A stretch of 64,000 nt of DNA from an uncultured Candidatus Saccharibacteria bacterium. Its GTDB lineage: Bacteria; Patescibacteriota; Minisyncoccia; UBA6257; 1-14-0-10-44-23. Both the position numbers and the translations under genes were made by a program. The notes beneath the pieces were generated by a model. The model saw only the letters and a program-made list of their open reading frames with translations, had not been told where the DNA came from and ran no database searches. Of the stretch, positions 36,877 through 45,732 are shown one piece after another; position 1 is the stretch's first letter; every line of letters starts with the position of its first letter. The stretch lies in NCBI GenBank assembly GCA_964641225.1, contig CAZXKC010000005.1, positions 32,134 through 96,133 of the forward strand, read 5' to 3'.

Positions 36877-38107
36877 GCTGCGCTAAAGAATCAAGAATAC
36901 GTGCAAATTTTTTTCCGTATGTTTTAGCGCTGAATTGTTCTATTTCCCCCTGGTTTGGGGATACGTGCAAACCAGAGTCAACGTATTGTGCATAATACTG
37001 TTCAATTGCCTTTTTGATACCTGAAATATCGTCGGGAGAGACAACAATACCCGTGTTTGTTAAACGAATTGCATCGGCGGAGGCTCCCTTAGCAGGAGTA
37101 ATACCCAGAATCGGTTTTTTTGTTAGAAAATATTCTACAAGTTTGCCAGGAAGAAAAATACTTTCTTCTTTCTCCGGCGCGTCAATAAGCAATAAAATGT
37201 CTGCGGTGAAAATTTCTCGCAGCGCCTCTTGTCGAGGTAAGCCATCAATTAACGTAATACTAGATTCTAATCGATATGTAGAAATCAATTCTTTGAATTT
37301 TCCGATTGGACCAACGAATCTTACCGCGACTTTTGTCTCAAGATCTTTTCTTTCATCAAGAAGTAAGCGTAGGGCCTTCAAAAATGGCTCAGGAGAACGT
37401 AGTCCATACAAGCTTCCCGTATAGGTTATAGTCATCTTGTTCTTATTCTCAGCGTTTCGCAGAGGAGCGCTTTCTCTTTGCAGTTGAGCAAATTCTTCCG
37501 GATCATATGAGTTCGGCATAGTAACGAACTTATTCTGAAAGTTATACTTTTTCATGGCCAGTGATTTTGTCTGGTCGGTGGTGAGGATAATTTTATCTGC
37601 CTTTTCTAGTATCTTTTGCTCGACGCGCTCATTTATTTTTTTAATAAATGGATTTTTGAATGTGATATATGGATTCTGTGTCCACAGATCCCCGAATAAC
37701 AACACGGAAGGTAATTGCGCGTATTTATTAATACGCAGTAGTGCGAGATGTGAGCTTATAGGATTCGAGCGTGATACAATTACATCAAATTTTTCATATT
37801 TCAAGGCTTTTCTTGCGGCCCGAGACGCAAAAGTCACCCAGCCTATCTCTGGGTCTGGTATTAATTTGAGACGACTTAAGCCTCGAAATAAAAGATTAGT
37901 AATAGTCCGGGTTCTATGTACTTGAGTGTTTTTTGGAATTCGTTCGGAGGTCTCCGTATCACTATTAAATCCGCGAATTTTTTCCGCGCAAATCACAGTC
38001 ACCTCCCAGCCAAAATCTGACAAATATTTAACTGAATTCAGCGCCATTGTACTTTCAATTGACCGGATGGGCGGAAAAAAGTAAGAAATAAAGAGCAGTT
38101 TCTTCAT
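36866..38107 (-). CDS. Glycosyltransferase family 4 (WbuB-like)
   Basis: N-terminal LLFISYFFPP and GT-B architecture; 413 aa. Confidence 0.75.
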   Translation of the reverse strand: MKKLLFISYFFPPIRSIESTMALNSVKYLSDFGWEVTVICAEKIRGFNSDTETSERIPKNTQVHRTRTITNLLFRGLSRLKLIPDPEIGWVTFASRAARKALKYEKFDVIVSRSNPISSHLALLRINKYAQLPSVLLFGDLWTQNPYITFKNPFIKKINERVEQKILEKADKIILTTDQTKSLAMKKYNFQNKFVTMPNSYDPEEFAQLQRESAPLRNAENKNKMTITYTGSLYGLRSPEPFLKALRLLLDERKDLETKVAVRFVGPIGKFKELISTYRLESSITLIDGLPRQEALREIFTADILLLIDAPEKEESIFLPGKLVEYFLTKKPILGITPAKGASADAIRLTNTGIVVSPDDISGIKKAIEQYYAQYVDSGLHVSPNQGEIEQFSAKTYGKKFARILDSLAQPNA

Positions 38108-38115
38108 GATGGTAT

Positions 38116-39189
38116 CTACAGCTCTTTTGTGAGAATATCGATGATGCGTGCAGCGGTCTTCCCGTCTCCAAAAGGATTATGCCAGTTTTTCTTTATTTGA
38201 AGCATTTTCTTCGTAGAACTTACAATTTTTTTGGCAGTTGCGCCGGCTAATATATTTGAGCCTACTGCTAATGTTTCGGGGCGCTCTGTATTATCACGCA
38301 ACGTAACGCAGGGCACGCGCAAGATGCATGCTTCTTCTTGTATTCCGCCGGAATCCGTAAGAACTAATTCGGCGTGAGATTCAAGCCAAAGAAACTCAAG
38401 ATAACCAACCGGGTCAATAAATTCTACGCCCTTGGGCAAGGGCAAAGAAAATGTTCGTATTCTATCTTTAGTCCGAGGGTGCAACGGGCAAAGTATCCTC
38501 ATATTGTATTCTTTACTAACTGCTTCTAACCCCGCAAGAATGCCGCTGAGCCGTTTTTTATTATCAACATTTTCGGCTCTATGAAATGTTGCTAAAAAAT
38601 AAGTTTTTTTAAAAGTTCCTTTGTGTTTTGAAAGTGGTAGATTTTGGTGCACCGCATCTACAATCGTGTTACCGACAACAAATATTGAATCGAGCGGCAT
38701 CCCCTCCTTTTTTAAGATATTTTTTGCTCCTTGTGTTGGCGTAAATAGAAAATCAGAGCAGTGGTCTGTCAAGATTCTATTTCTTTCTTCGGGCATTTCA
38801 TTAAAATAAGACCGTAGTCCTGCCTCTACGTGTCCTATTTTAATATTCAGTCGCGATGCCGCTAGAGCGCCCGCTAGCACAGTATTAGTATCGCCTTCAA
38901 CCAACACCACGGTCGGTTTTTCTTTTTTTAAAATTTTCTCGAGACCAATAAGCATTGCGGCGCTTCCCTCTGCTGGAGTTCCTCCATTCGCATGGAGATT
39001 ATATTTGGGACGCGGCAGCTTGAGTTCAGAAAAGAAAATTTTATCCAAATTTGCTGAATAATGCTGATTTGTATGAACAATAAAAAAACGTAATTGTCTT
39101 CGCTGGCATTCTCTGATGACCGGCGACATTTTAATAATTTCCGGTCTCGTTCCGACGACGATGCAAATTTTTATGTTAGCGTGCTTCAT
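38116..39189 (-). CDS. wecB: UDP-N-acetylglucosamine 2-epimerase (non-hydrolysing)
   Basis: IVVGTRPEIIKMSPV, VLVEGDTNTVLAGALAA, DSGGIQEEA; 357 aa. Confidence 0.85.
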   Translation of the reverse strand: MKHANIKICIVVGTRPEIIKMSPVIRECQRRQLRFFIVHTNQHYSANLDKIFFSELKLPRPKYNLHANGGTPAEGSAAMLIGLEKILKKEKPTVVLVEGDTNTVLAGALAASRLNIKIGHVEAGLRSYFNEMPEERNRILTDHCSDFLFTPTQGAKNILKKEGMPLDSIFVVGNTIVDAVHQNLPLSKHKGTFKKTYFLATFHRAENVDNKKRLSGILAGLEAVSKEYNMRILCPLHPRTKDRIRTFSLPLPKGVEFIDPVGYLEFLWLESHAELVLTDSGGIQEEACILRVPCVTLRDNTERPETLAVGSNILAGATAKKIVSSTKKMLQIKKNWHNPFGDGKTAARIIDILTKEL

Positions 39190-39197
39190 ACGAAAGG

Positions 39198-40370
39198 TTA
39201 CCCACGAAAGAATAGGTCTTTTTTGCTTTTATTGCCAATATCCTCTTGTATGAGTAGATCAATAAAGAACTTTGCCGCCCAATTAGGGTAAGAGAAAGGA
39301 AGATACGATCCCCAGATAGGAAAACTACCGGCGATTGCTCCTCGGATATTCTCGCTCTTAGCGCTACTGTTTTGATGATTTTTTAAGAAATCAACAACGC
39401 TCTTACTGTTGCGGTTATAGTTTCCTTCTGGATATAGCTGGCTAAGTTCGCGCCACACAAGCGCTGTTTGCGCCAGGCCCGTAAGACACATGGATGTTCC
39501 TGCTGCTGCCCAATCAGCGGCATAGACATCAAAAAGCATTTTTTTATCATGCAGCTCTGATAATTTATCAGCGGTTTTTTTCGCCGCTAATATATATTTT
39601 TCTTCTTTAAAGATGCGCCCACCCTCCAGTAAACCTTGGACTGTATATGCTATGGTGTGTAGGCCTGATTTTTTATCAGCAAAAAATCCACTATTCTCAA
39701 ACCAGCCGTTTTCTTTCTGTTGTCCTAACACCCATTCTAAATTTTTAACAGCGTAATTTTTGTATGTTATATCGCTAGTCAGCAAATATGTTTCTGCTAA
39801 TGCCCATGCGACTCGCGAATAATATGTGTGCGGAAGATTGCCAAATGCATGAATAATCCAAGAACCATCGGATTCTTGAATTGAGCATAACCAATCACTT
39901 GCTTTTTTGAGAGCTCGGAGATATTCCGCTTGTTCAGTAAATTTATATAGGCCTATAAGCCCGAATATAATCTGCCCAGTATCGAAAACATACGGCGTTT
40001 TTGTTTTAAGACCCGGGAAAGAACCATCGGTTGCCTGCAAAGCTAAAAGCCACTGCCCAGATTTTGTGCAGGCTTCGATAATTTCATCCTTTCGATATTC
40101 AGTGTATCGCGAGACATTAAGCAGCGTCGAGATAAGATAGCCGGTTGTTTCGGGGTACGGGGCATCCCAACCTCTTTTTAATGAATACGAAGCAGAAAAA
40201 CCCTTTTTACCCGTAGCCGCAAACGATCTCAAGAGCCAATCAATACTTGCGCTTAATATCTGTTCACCATTTTGAGTAGCTGCTTTATTTTTATTGCCTA
40301 ACACCCACAGCCATTCATAGATGCTCTGAGGGGTAAACATGTGTCGCAGTAAAGATAATCCACGTTCCAT
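39198..40370 (-). CDS. Alpha/alpha-toroid repeat protein with QW-like motifs (squalene cyclase/prenyltransferase-like fold), function unknown
   Basis: Repeated Q-x2-D/N-G-S-W/F motifs (QATDGSFP, QESDGSWI, QKENGWFE); 390 aa. Confidence 0.45.
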   Translation of the reverse strand: MERGLSLLRHMFTPQSIYEWLWVLGNKNKAATQNGEQILSASIDWLLRSFAATGKKGFSASYSLKRGWDAPYPETTGYLISTLLNVSRYTEYRKDEIIEACTKSGQWLLALQATDGSFPGLKTKTPYVFDTGQIIFGLIGLYKFTEQAEYLRALKKASDWLCSIQESDGSWIIHAFGNLPHTYYSRVAWALAETYLLTSDITYKNYAVKNLEWVLGQQKENGWFENSGFFADKKSGLHTIAYTVQGLLEGGRIFKEEKYILAAKKTADKLSELHDKKMLFDVYAADWAAAGTSMCLTGLAQTALVWRELSQLYPEGNYNRNSKSVVDFLKNHQNSSAKSENIRGAIAGSFPIWGSYLPFSYPNWAAKFFIDLLIQEDIGNKSKKDLFFRG

Positions 40371-40371
40371 A

Positions 40372-41115
40372 TCATTTAGTAGCAGACCAAACCACGTAAA
40401 AATCTAAAAATGGAAATACCGTATGCAGCACCAAAGAAACAAAGCTGTGTAAGCCGAGTAAGAATTTTTTAAGAAAAGAACGTTTTTTGATATCTGGTTG
40501 AAAACGCAAAAAAGTGATTTTGGAAGTTGAAAAGTGCCTTTTTAAAGCTGCATTTAACTGCCACGGGATAAAATATTTTTCTTTGAAGGGAAAATCTCTT
40601 GGATACATCCATCTATTTGTTAGCTCATTAAATTTTTTCCACAGATACGTGGGAATAAAATACACGTGATGCAATGAAAGGATATTTTTATCTATTAACA
40701 CGAAAGTTCCTCGTTTTTTTAAGACTCTAGCCATTTCCCTTAGAGCTGATTCTGCGTCGGGAATATGCTCCAGCACTTCAATGCAAAGTACATAATCGAA
40801 GTAATCATCGGTAAATGGTAAAGAGGCTGCATCCGCTTGTATAAACTGGATGTCTTTATTAATCACTTTAGCTTCGCGTACCAATTCACTGGCTGGCTCA
40901 ACTCCGACGACTTCAAATCCCTTATCTTCTAATTTACGCGTAAATGATCCTCTTCCGCATCCTACATCTAATATTTTTTTGTTTTTATTAGGTTCTCCAA
41001 GAAATTCTAAAACTTTTTTTAATTCAAAATTAGAATCATCTATGGATGAGGTTACGGCCCGAAGACCCTCGGGCGCATTAAATCGTTCAATTATTTTATT
41101 TTTTAACTCCTCCAT
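40372..41115 (-). CDS. Class I SAM-dependent methyltransferase
   Basis: Motif I ILDVGCGRGSF, followed by motif II/III spacing. Confidence 0.8.
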   Translation of the reverse strand: MEELKNKIIERFNAPEGLRAVTSSIDDSNFELKKVLEFLGEPNKNKKILDVGCGRGSFTRKLEDKGFEVVGVEPASELVREAKVINKDIQFIQADAASLPFTDDYFDYVLCIEVLEHIPDAESALREMARVLKKRGTFVLIDKNILSLHHVYFIPTYLWKKFNELTNRWMYPRDFPFKEKYFIPWQLNAALKRHFSTSKITFLRFQPDIKKRSFLKKFLLGLHSFVSLVLHTVFPFLDFYVVWSATK

Positions 41116-41121
41116 ACCAGA

Positions 41122-41892
41122 CTATGGTATTTGCAAAAACTGATTTACCCGATCTTTAGGATTAAAAAAGTTAGGATCTAAACTGTTCATATCAGTCCAC
41201 TTCCAATTTTTTTTCGGCACGCGCCAGTCCTCACCAAATAGTGCCACAAGATATTCTTCTGCCGGCGTAGGAACGGGAAACTGCATTCCATAAAACGTTA
41301 ATGGCGTAAGATGTTCTACTAGCCGTTTTGGGATCATCAGCGCGTATTCAGCCTGCCCAAGGCCATAGCAAATTCCGAAAAACATCCGCCGAAGGGTTGG
41401 CATCATAAATCGTGGAATGCTGTGATATAGGGCTTTTTCGAAAGGATGGATGCCGTGGTGATAACTGCCATACAGCATTCTGTCGGCAATGCGATAAAAA
41501 TGCTTTGCCATGAATTCAAGTTTTGGTTTACTTCGTAGACAAAAAGGTGACCAGATTTTATCGCCCGCTGTACGGTAAAACATTATAGAAACAGCTAAAT
41601 TCTCTTTTTCCATCCCGAGATATGCCGCGAAGTCGGTCACATCGATTCTCCACCCTTCTTGCGCAAGCTCACGAAGTACCCTGAAGACTTTTGGGGCCTC
41701 TTCTAGCGTAGTTGAAAAATCAACGTCGTTATCCCACGCTATAACTTTACCTTCACGCACAGCCCCCAGAAGTGTGCCGGTCTCTAGCCAATAACGGACG
41801 CCGTGTCTCTCTAGCGCCTCCTTTACCATTTTCATATATGGGACCCAGCTTTCATCGCCGGCCCCCTTCCCGATGATATTGTTTTGACTCAT
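41122..41892 (-). CDS. licD: LicD-family (fukutin-like) phosphotransferase
   Basis: YWLETGTLLGAVREGKVIAWDNDVDF matches the LicD nucleotidyltransferase-fold signature (LxxGTLLGAVR...D.D.D). Confidence 0.8.
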   Translation of the reverse strand: MSQNNIIGKGAGDESWVPYMKMVKEALERHGVRYWLETGTLLGAVREGKVIAWDNDVDFSTTLEEAPKVFRVLRELAQEGWRIDVTDFAAYLGMEKENLAVSIMFYRTAGDKIWSPFCLRSKPKLEFMAKHFYRIADRMLYGSYHHGIHPFEKALYHSIPRFMMPTLRRMFFGICYGLGQAEYALMIPKRLVEHLTPLTFYGMQFPVPTPAEEYLVALFGEDWRVPKKNWKWTDMNSLDPNFFNPKDRVNQFLQIP

Positions 41893-41900
41893 GAATCTGT

Positions 41901-42551
41901 TTAAGTAAACTTGCTGTCAATAATGCGGCCTGCGATTTCAGCAATATACTCTGGATTTTTTGCAATGGCTGTTTCTTCCGCCAGACAGATGTAGTCTCCA
42001 CCTAATTGTTTTGTTGCGATAACATCGTGCACCTCTGAAAGTGCCGGCTCATTATTGCTTCCATGAAGCATGCTAATCAGAAACTCTGAGGCGACAATAA
42101 CTTTTTTCCCATTACGATGAGCTGCTTCTATGATTTTTTTTACGGCATGTGGAACATTTACGATCCCGATTGCGGTGGCTAAGTCGCGACGATCAATTAA
42201 AAGTATGTCGGCCGCTTTAGCAATCTCCTCGATGTTGTTGTAACCCTCAAGCGTTTCAATCTTGGCGCAGGTGGGATAATCGTAAATTAAGTCTTTGGCA
42301 GAAGCTACATAGCTAATTGCGATATAGCTTATGCCTATTTCTTTCGCAAAATCAACAAGTTCTTTATCAGAGTAGTTGTTGGTTCTCATTTTTCTGCGAC
42401 CATGCGGGATATCAAGCAGCGTCAAGATATGCCTGTAGGGCTGCAAATTCCCCTTTATTTGATACATCGTACCAAAAGCTCCATTCGCTCGTGCGATGGC
42501 AATATTTTTTAAAAAAGGTGTCAGGGGGCTTATTGTTGCTGCAATTTCCAT
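41901..42551 (-). CDS. Truncated pyruvate-kinase-like barrel domain protein (PEP-utilising), 216 aa
   Basis: ILLIDRRDLATAIGIVNVPHAVKKIIEAAHRNGKKVIVASEFLISM parallels the PK motif MVARGDLG.E....V...QK.MI..C...GKPVI.ATQMLESM. It lacks the PK N- and C-terminal domains. Confidence 0.45.
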   Translation of the reverse strand: MEIAATISPLTPFLKNIAIARANGAFGTMYQIKGNLQPYRHILTLLDIPHGRRKMRTNNYSDKELVDFAKEIGISYIAISYVASAKDLIYDYPTCAKIETLEGYNNIEEIAKAADILLIDRRDLATAIGIVNVPHAVKKIIEAAHRNGKKVIVASEFLISMLHGSNNEPALSEVHDVIATKQLGGDYICLAEETAIAKNPEYIAEIAGRIIDSKFT

Positions 42552-43000
42552 ATATGTTCGATTATTTTACTGGTTGATGTGACATCGTGATAATCCAAAA
42601 CTTTTGCTATTCCTCCCCAGGCCTTAACAACTTCTGCCCCTGGTGGATTCTTTCCTTTTTCCCAGCCTGCGCCCGGTCCCTTAACTAGTTTATGCGGTTT
42701 TATTTTTAATAAATTTTTGTTCGGCTGAAATTCGTCTTGAAATATTACTTCATCAACAAATCCAATATTGCCAACGACAGCGGCCCTATGGGCCTGAGGG
42801 ATAATAGGCTTGCGCTTAAATTTTGTCGCAACTTCATCTGTATAAATGCCAACAATCAACTTATCACCGAGTTTCTTTGCCTCCTTTAAAAGTTGCAAGT
42901 GGCCAACGTGAAATAAGTCAAATACTCCATACGTGTAGACAACCACTGGCCCTATTTTTTTAGCTTTCTTAACGGCCGAAATGCGCTTGGTTTTTTTCAT
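42530..43000 (-). CDS. Cytidylyltransferase, TagD/glycerol-3-phosphate cytidylyltransferase-like (HxGH nucleotidyltransferase)
   Basis: TYGVFDLFHVGHLQLL is the HIGH motif of class I-like nucleotidyltransferases; 156 aa. Confidence 0.8.
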   Translation of the reverse strand: MKKTKRISAVKKAKKIGPVVVYTYGVFDLFHVGHLQLLKEAKKLGDKLIVGIYTDEVATKFKRKPIIPQAHRAAVVGNIGFVDEVIFQDEFQPNKNLLKIKPHKLVKGPGAGWEKGKNPPGAEVVKAWGGIAKVLDYHDVTSTSKIIEHIWKLQQQ

Positions 43001-43074
43001 AAAGTAAGAGAAAACCTGAATCCAGGTAAGGTCTTTACTATAACTAAAAAAATACTCAAATGCAAATCAGAAAA

Positions 43075-44292
43075 CTAAGCAAGTTCGCCGTAGGCTTGTC
43101 GCACAGCCTTACTGTCTCTAAGCGTTTCGTAATTACGAGAAGTTTTAAAGTAATCGCTCTTTATTTTTTCCATGAGATCATCGAAAACACGCTGACTTGG
43201 ACTGCCTCCTTCAGGATTGAGTATCGTTCTGTCCCATGTCGTTGACATATCCCAAGCCTCTTTCATCTTGTTATAAAGCGTTCCCTCGCCCTCCTGCCCT
43301 TCAAGCACGGTTGCTTTAGCCCAGATAGTCTCAGGGCGCTCGGTGCTTCGGCGAGCTATCACCGTTGGCGTACCAACAATAAGTCCCTCCTCCTGTACCG
43401 TTCCACTGTCTGAAACAATAAGTCGCGCTTCTTTCTCGAGTCGTAGGAAGTCAAAAAAACCAAGCGGCTTTGTTTTAGTAAATGTATCGCTATTAAGTAT
43501 GCTCATGAGCCCAAATTTCTCGATATTTGCTACCGTACGCGGCATCATAGGAAAAACTATCGTCATTTTCTTTTCTTGAGCAAATTTTACAATATCAGTT
43601 AACTTATTTTTCAATATTTCCGCATTCGAAATATTCTCTTCGCGATGAAGACCCATGAGGATGAATTTTTTACTTTCTAGTTTAAGATCCTTAAGGACAC
43701 CTGAGGCATCTACGCGAGGCATCCACTGCTCTACCGCATCCATGATAATATTTCCGATGCAAAGTACTCGGAAATCCGCTATGCCTTCGGCGACTAGTAG
43801 CTCCTTATATCGTGGTAGATAGCTATAGAGTGCGTCAGAAAGATGATCAATCACAATTCGACATTTTTCCTCCGGCATTCGCCAATCGAAACTGCGTCCT
43901 CCTGCCTCAAGATGGATAACTGGGATACCGTACCGCGCAACAATTACCGATGAAAGGACGGTATTTGTGTCTCCGAGATACATTACAGCATCAGGTTTTA
44001 CTTTTTCCAGCATATCGTATACGCGTTCATCGAGAAGGGCTGTCTGCAAAGCATAATTGCTTGCTCCTCGTTCTTTTAACGTTAGTCCTATACCCAAGTC
44101 AATATCTGGTTTGCGAATATTAAGGTCTTTTATAAAATTTCCAAATAGTTCCGGATCATAATGCTGTCCGGAATGAACAAGAATATGTTCGATAGTATCC
44201 TTACCTTTTTCATCTAACAGCTCAATAAGCTTAAACATTCGTATATAGTCTGGGCGAATTCCTAATAAGGTCACTAACTTGAATTTTTTCAT
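43075..44292 (-). CDS. UDP-N-acetylglucosamine 2-epimerase family protein (second copy, NeuC/WecB-like)
   Basis: LGIRPDYIRM, YLGDTNTVLSSVIVA, DSGTVQEEG; 405 aa. Confidence 0.75.
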   Translation of the reverse strand: MKKFKLVTLLGIRPDYIRMFKLIELLDEKGKDTIEHILVHSGQHYDPELFGNFIKDLNIRKPDIDLGIGLTLKERGASNYALQTALLDERVYDMLEKVKPDAVMYLGDTNTVLSSVIVARYGIPVIHLEAGGRSFDWRMPEEKCRIVIDHLSDALYSYLPRYKELLVAEGIADFRVLCIGNIIMDAVEQWMPRVDASGVLKDLKLESKKFILMGLHREENISNAEILKNKLTDIVKFAQEKKMTIVFPMMPRTVANIEKFGLMSILNSDTFTKTKPLGFFDFLRLEKEARLIVSDSGTVQEEGLIVGTPTVIARRSTERPETIWAKATVLEGQEGEGTLYNKMKEAWDMSTTWDRTILNPEGGSPSQRVFDDLMEKIKSDYFKTSRNYETLRDSKAVRQAYGELA

Positions 44293-44339
44293 TACTTAAG
44301 CATCGCAAGAATGGTCTTTGCGCGCAAGGCAGCAATCTA

Positions 44340-44368
44340 TTGACAAAAGAGTGTTTCGGAGGTATAAT
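44340..44368 (+). promoter_or_regulatory. Consensus sigma70 promoter TTGACA-17nt-TATAAT driving the high-GC DUF218-like gene; 10-bp palindrome TTGCGCGCAA immediately upstream
   Basis: Exact -35 (44340-44345) and -10 (44363-44368) hexamers with a 17-nt spacer. AGGAGGG RBS sits 7 nt before the ATG at 44448. Confidence 0.55.
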
Positions 44369-44447
44369 ACTATCCTCTACGGAAGCTGCGATACTGATCG
44401 CATGCATGACCCGTGGAAAGAGAAAATAGGTAGCAGGAGGGTGCGGA

Positions 44448-45137
44448 ATGCCGATTGGACCGGACATCAACAAAGACCCCGACCCGCGTGACGCAGGGGC
44501 CGAGGTCATGGCGTACTGCATGTGGCCGGACAAGATCCGGAGCATGCGCCTACAGCCCGACGTCATCGTCGTCTACACGGGCGACGGGCGTCGGCTCGCC
44601 ACCGCCGCCATCCGCCGCGCTCGGGAGTACCCGAACATCCCCGTCTTCATCGTCGGGCCCGACAGCCTGATGGCGAGCGAGCTGGACGGCCAGATGAACG
44701 CCGAACACCTCAAGGCCGAGATGGTGGGGCATGGAATCGCGGCCGGCCGGATCATCACCGATTCGAGCCCGCAGAGCATCTACACCCACGGCCAGGCCAA
44801 CCAGGCGGCCGTGCGCTTCCGGGAGGAAACCTGGGCCACCATGCTGCTGATCACCAGTCAGCACCATGCGTACCGGGCGTTCATGATCACCCTGGGCGTC
44901 TTCAGCCGGGAAGGCCTGGCCGACCGGGTCGTCATCGTGCCAGACTCCGTCTACGAATTCGGTTTCGGCGAGCACCCGGCGGAATGGAGCGAGGAGTGGC
45001 GACGCCACACTCCCTGGGTCTGTCTCGTTCGGGACGGGATTCCAAAGGTCAGAAGCGGGCAGGAGAAGCACCCGCAGAACTTCGCGCAGAGCGACGTCGC
45101 ACAGCAGTACGTCAGACGCATCACCGCCAAGCTGTAA
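44448..45137 (+). CDS. High-GC (~65%) DUF218/YdcF-like family protein; foreign cassette
   Basis: 229 aa. The conserved DUF218 core is (V)IVVYTGDG...IPVFIVGPDS. It is followed by terminator AAGAGGAGCGG...CCGCTCCTCTT + TTTTTT (45148-45212). Confidence 0.55.
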   Translation: MPIGPDINKDPDPRDAGAEVMAYCMWPDKIRSMRLQPDVIVVYTGDGRRLATAAIRRAREYPNIPVFIVGPDSLMASELDGQMNAEHLKAEMVGHGIAAGRIITDSSPQSIYTHGQANQAAVRFREETWATMLLITSQHHAYRAFMITLGVFSREGLADRVVIVPDSVYEFGFGEHPAEWSEEWRRHTPWVCLVRDGIPKVRSGQEKHPQNFAQSDVAQQYVRRITAKL

Positions 45138-45224
45138 CAGGGGTATGCGTCGGATGGCAGCACAAGAGGAGCGGAAAGTTACGTGAAGTTTACACGTACG
45201 CCGCTCCTCTTGCCTTTTTAATAA

Positions 45225-45253
45225 TTGACTTTTGTTTTTAATAATGCTATAAT
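45225..45253 (+). promoter_or_regulatory. Second consensus-type promoter TTGACT-17nt-TATAAT upstream of the HIT-like ORF
   Basis: -35 at 45225-45230, -10 at 45248-45253. Confidence 0.5.
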
Positions 45254-45441
45254 AGCACTCCGTCAAGTAGATCAGGATTTCCTATTTCACTAACAAGGGA
45301 GATTGTCTCATCGGCACGAAATGGACGTATCGTACGCCTGCCACTCAGGCGGCCTACGACGCAGCACGAGCCTCCGGCACACCGGGAACCGATCCGTTCG
45401 GTGACTGGGCGGAGAGATCCCTCCGATCATTCACCTACTGG

Positions 45442-45681
45442 GTGATCGTCCCGAACAAGTACCCGATGGACGAGATCGCCGCGACGAACCACCTCTTGAT
45501 CCCGAAGCGACCATTCTCGACCGAGGACGAGATGACGCCGGAGGAGCAGCAGGAACTGCGTGAGATCAAGCAGGTGCTGGCCCACGAGCGCGAGTACGAC
45601 TTCATCCTCGAGAACTTTCCCGTCCGACGATCGGTGATGCTGCGGTGGCACCTGCACCTAGTGACCGCCAAGGACACCTGA
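45442..45681 (+). CDS. High-GC HIT-like (histidine-triad-like) domain protein; 5' boundary uncertain (reading frame is open back to 45271 without an ATG/GTG)
   Basis: NHLLIPKRPFSTEDEMTPEEQQEL resembles the HIT xHxLVIPKxH...L..EE region. C-terminal RWHLHLV resembles a degenerate HxHxHxx triad. The track start is GTG at 45442. Confidence 0.4.
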   Translation: MIVPNKYPMDEIAATNHLLIPKRPFSTEDEMTPEEQQELREIKQVLAHEREYDFILENFPVRRSVMLRWHLHLVTAKDT

Positions 45682-45732
45682 TCGCTTCCAGCGAGTTCGC
45701 GCCCCGACCGCAAGGTCGGGGCGCCTTCTCTT

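Noticed and set aside
44522-45266. Long overlapping ORFs on both strands (44522-45241 +, 44550-45266 -, 44455-44670 +)
   Set aside because: They are R/P/G/A-rich translations of alternative frames in a 65% GC region. The DUF218-like frame (44448-45137) has the SD and conserved motifs. The others are composition artefacts.
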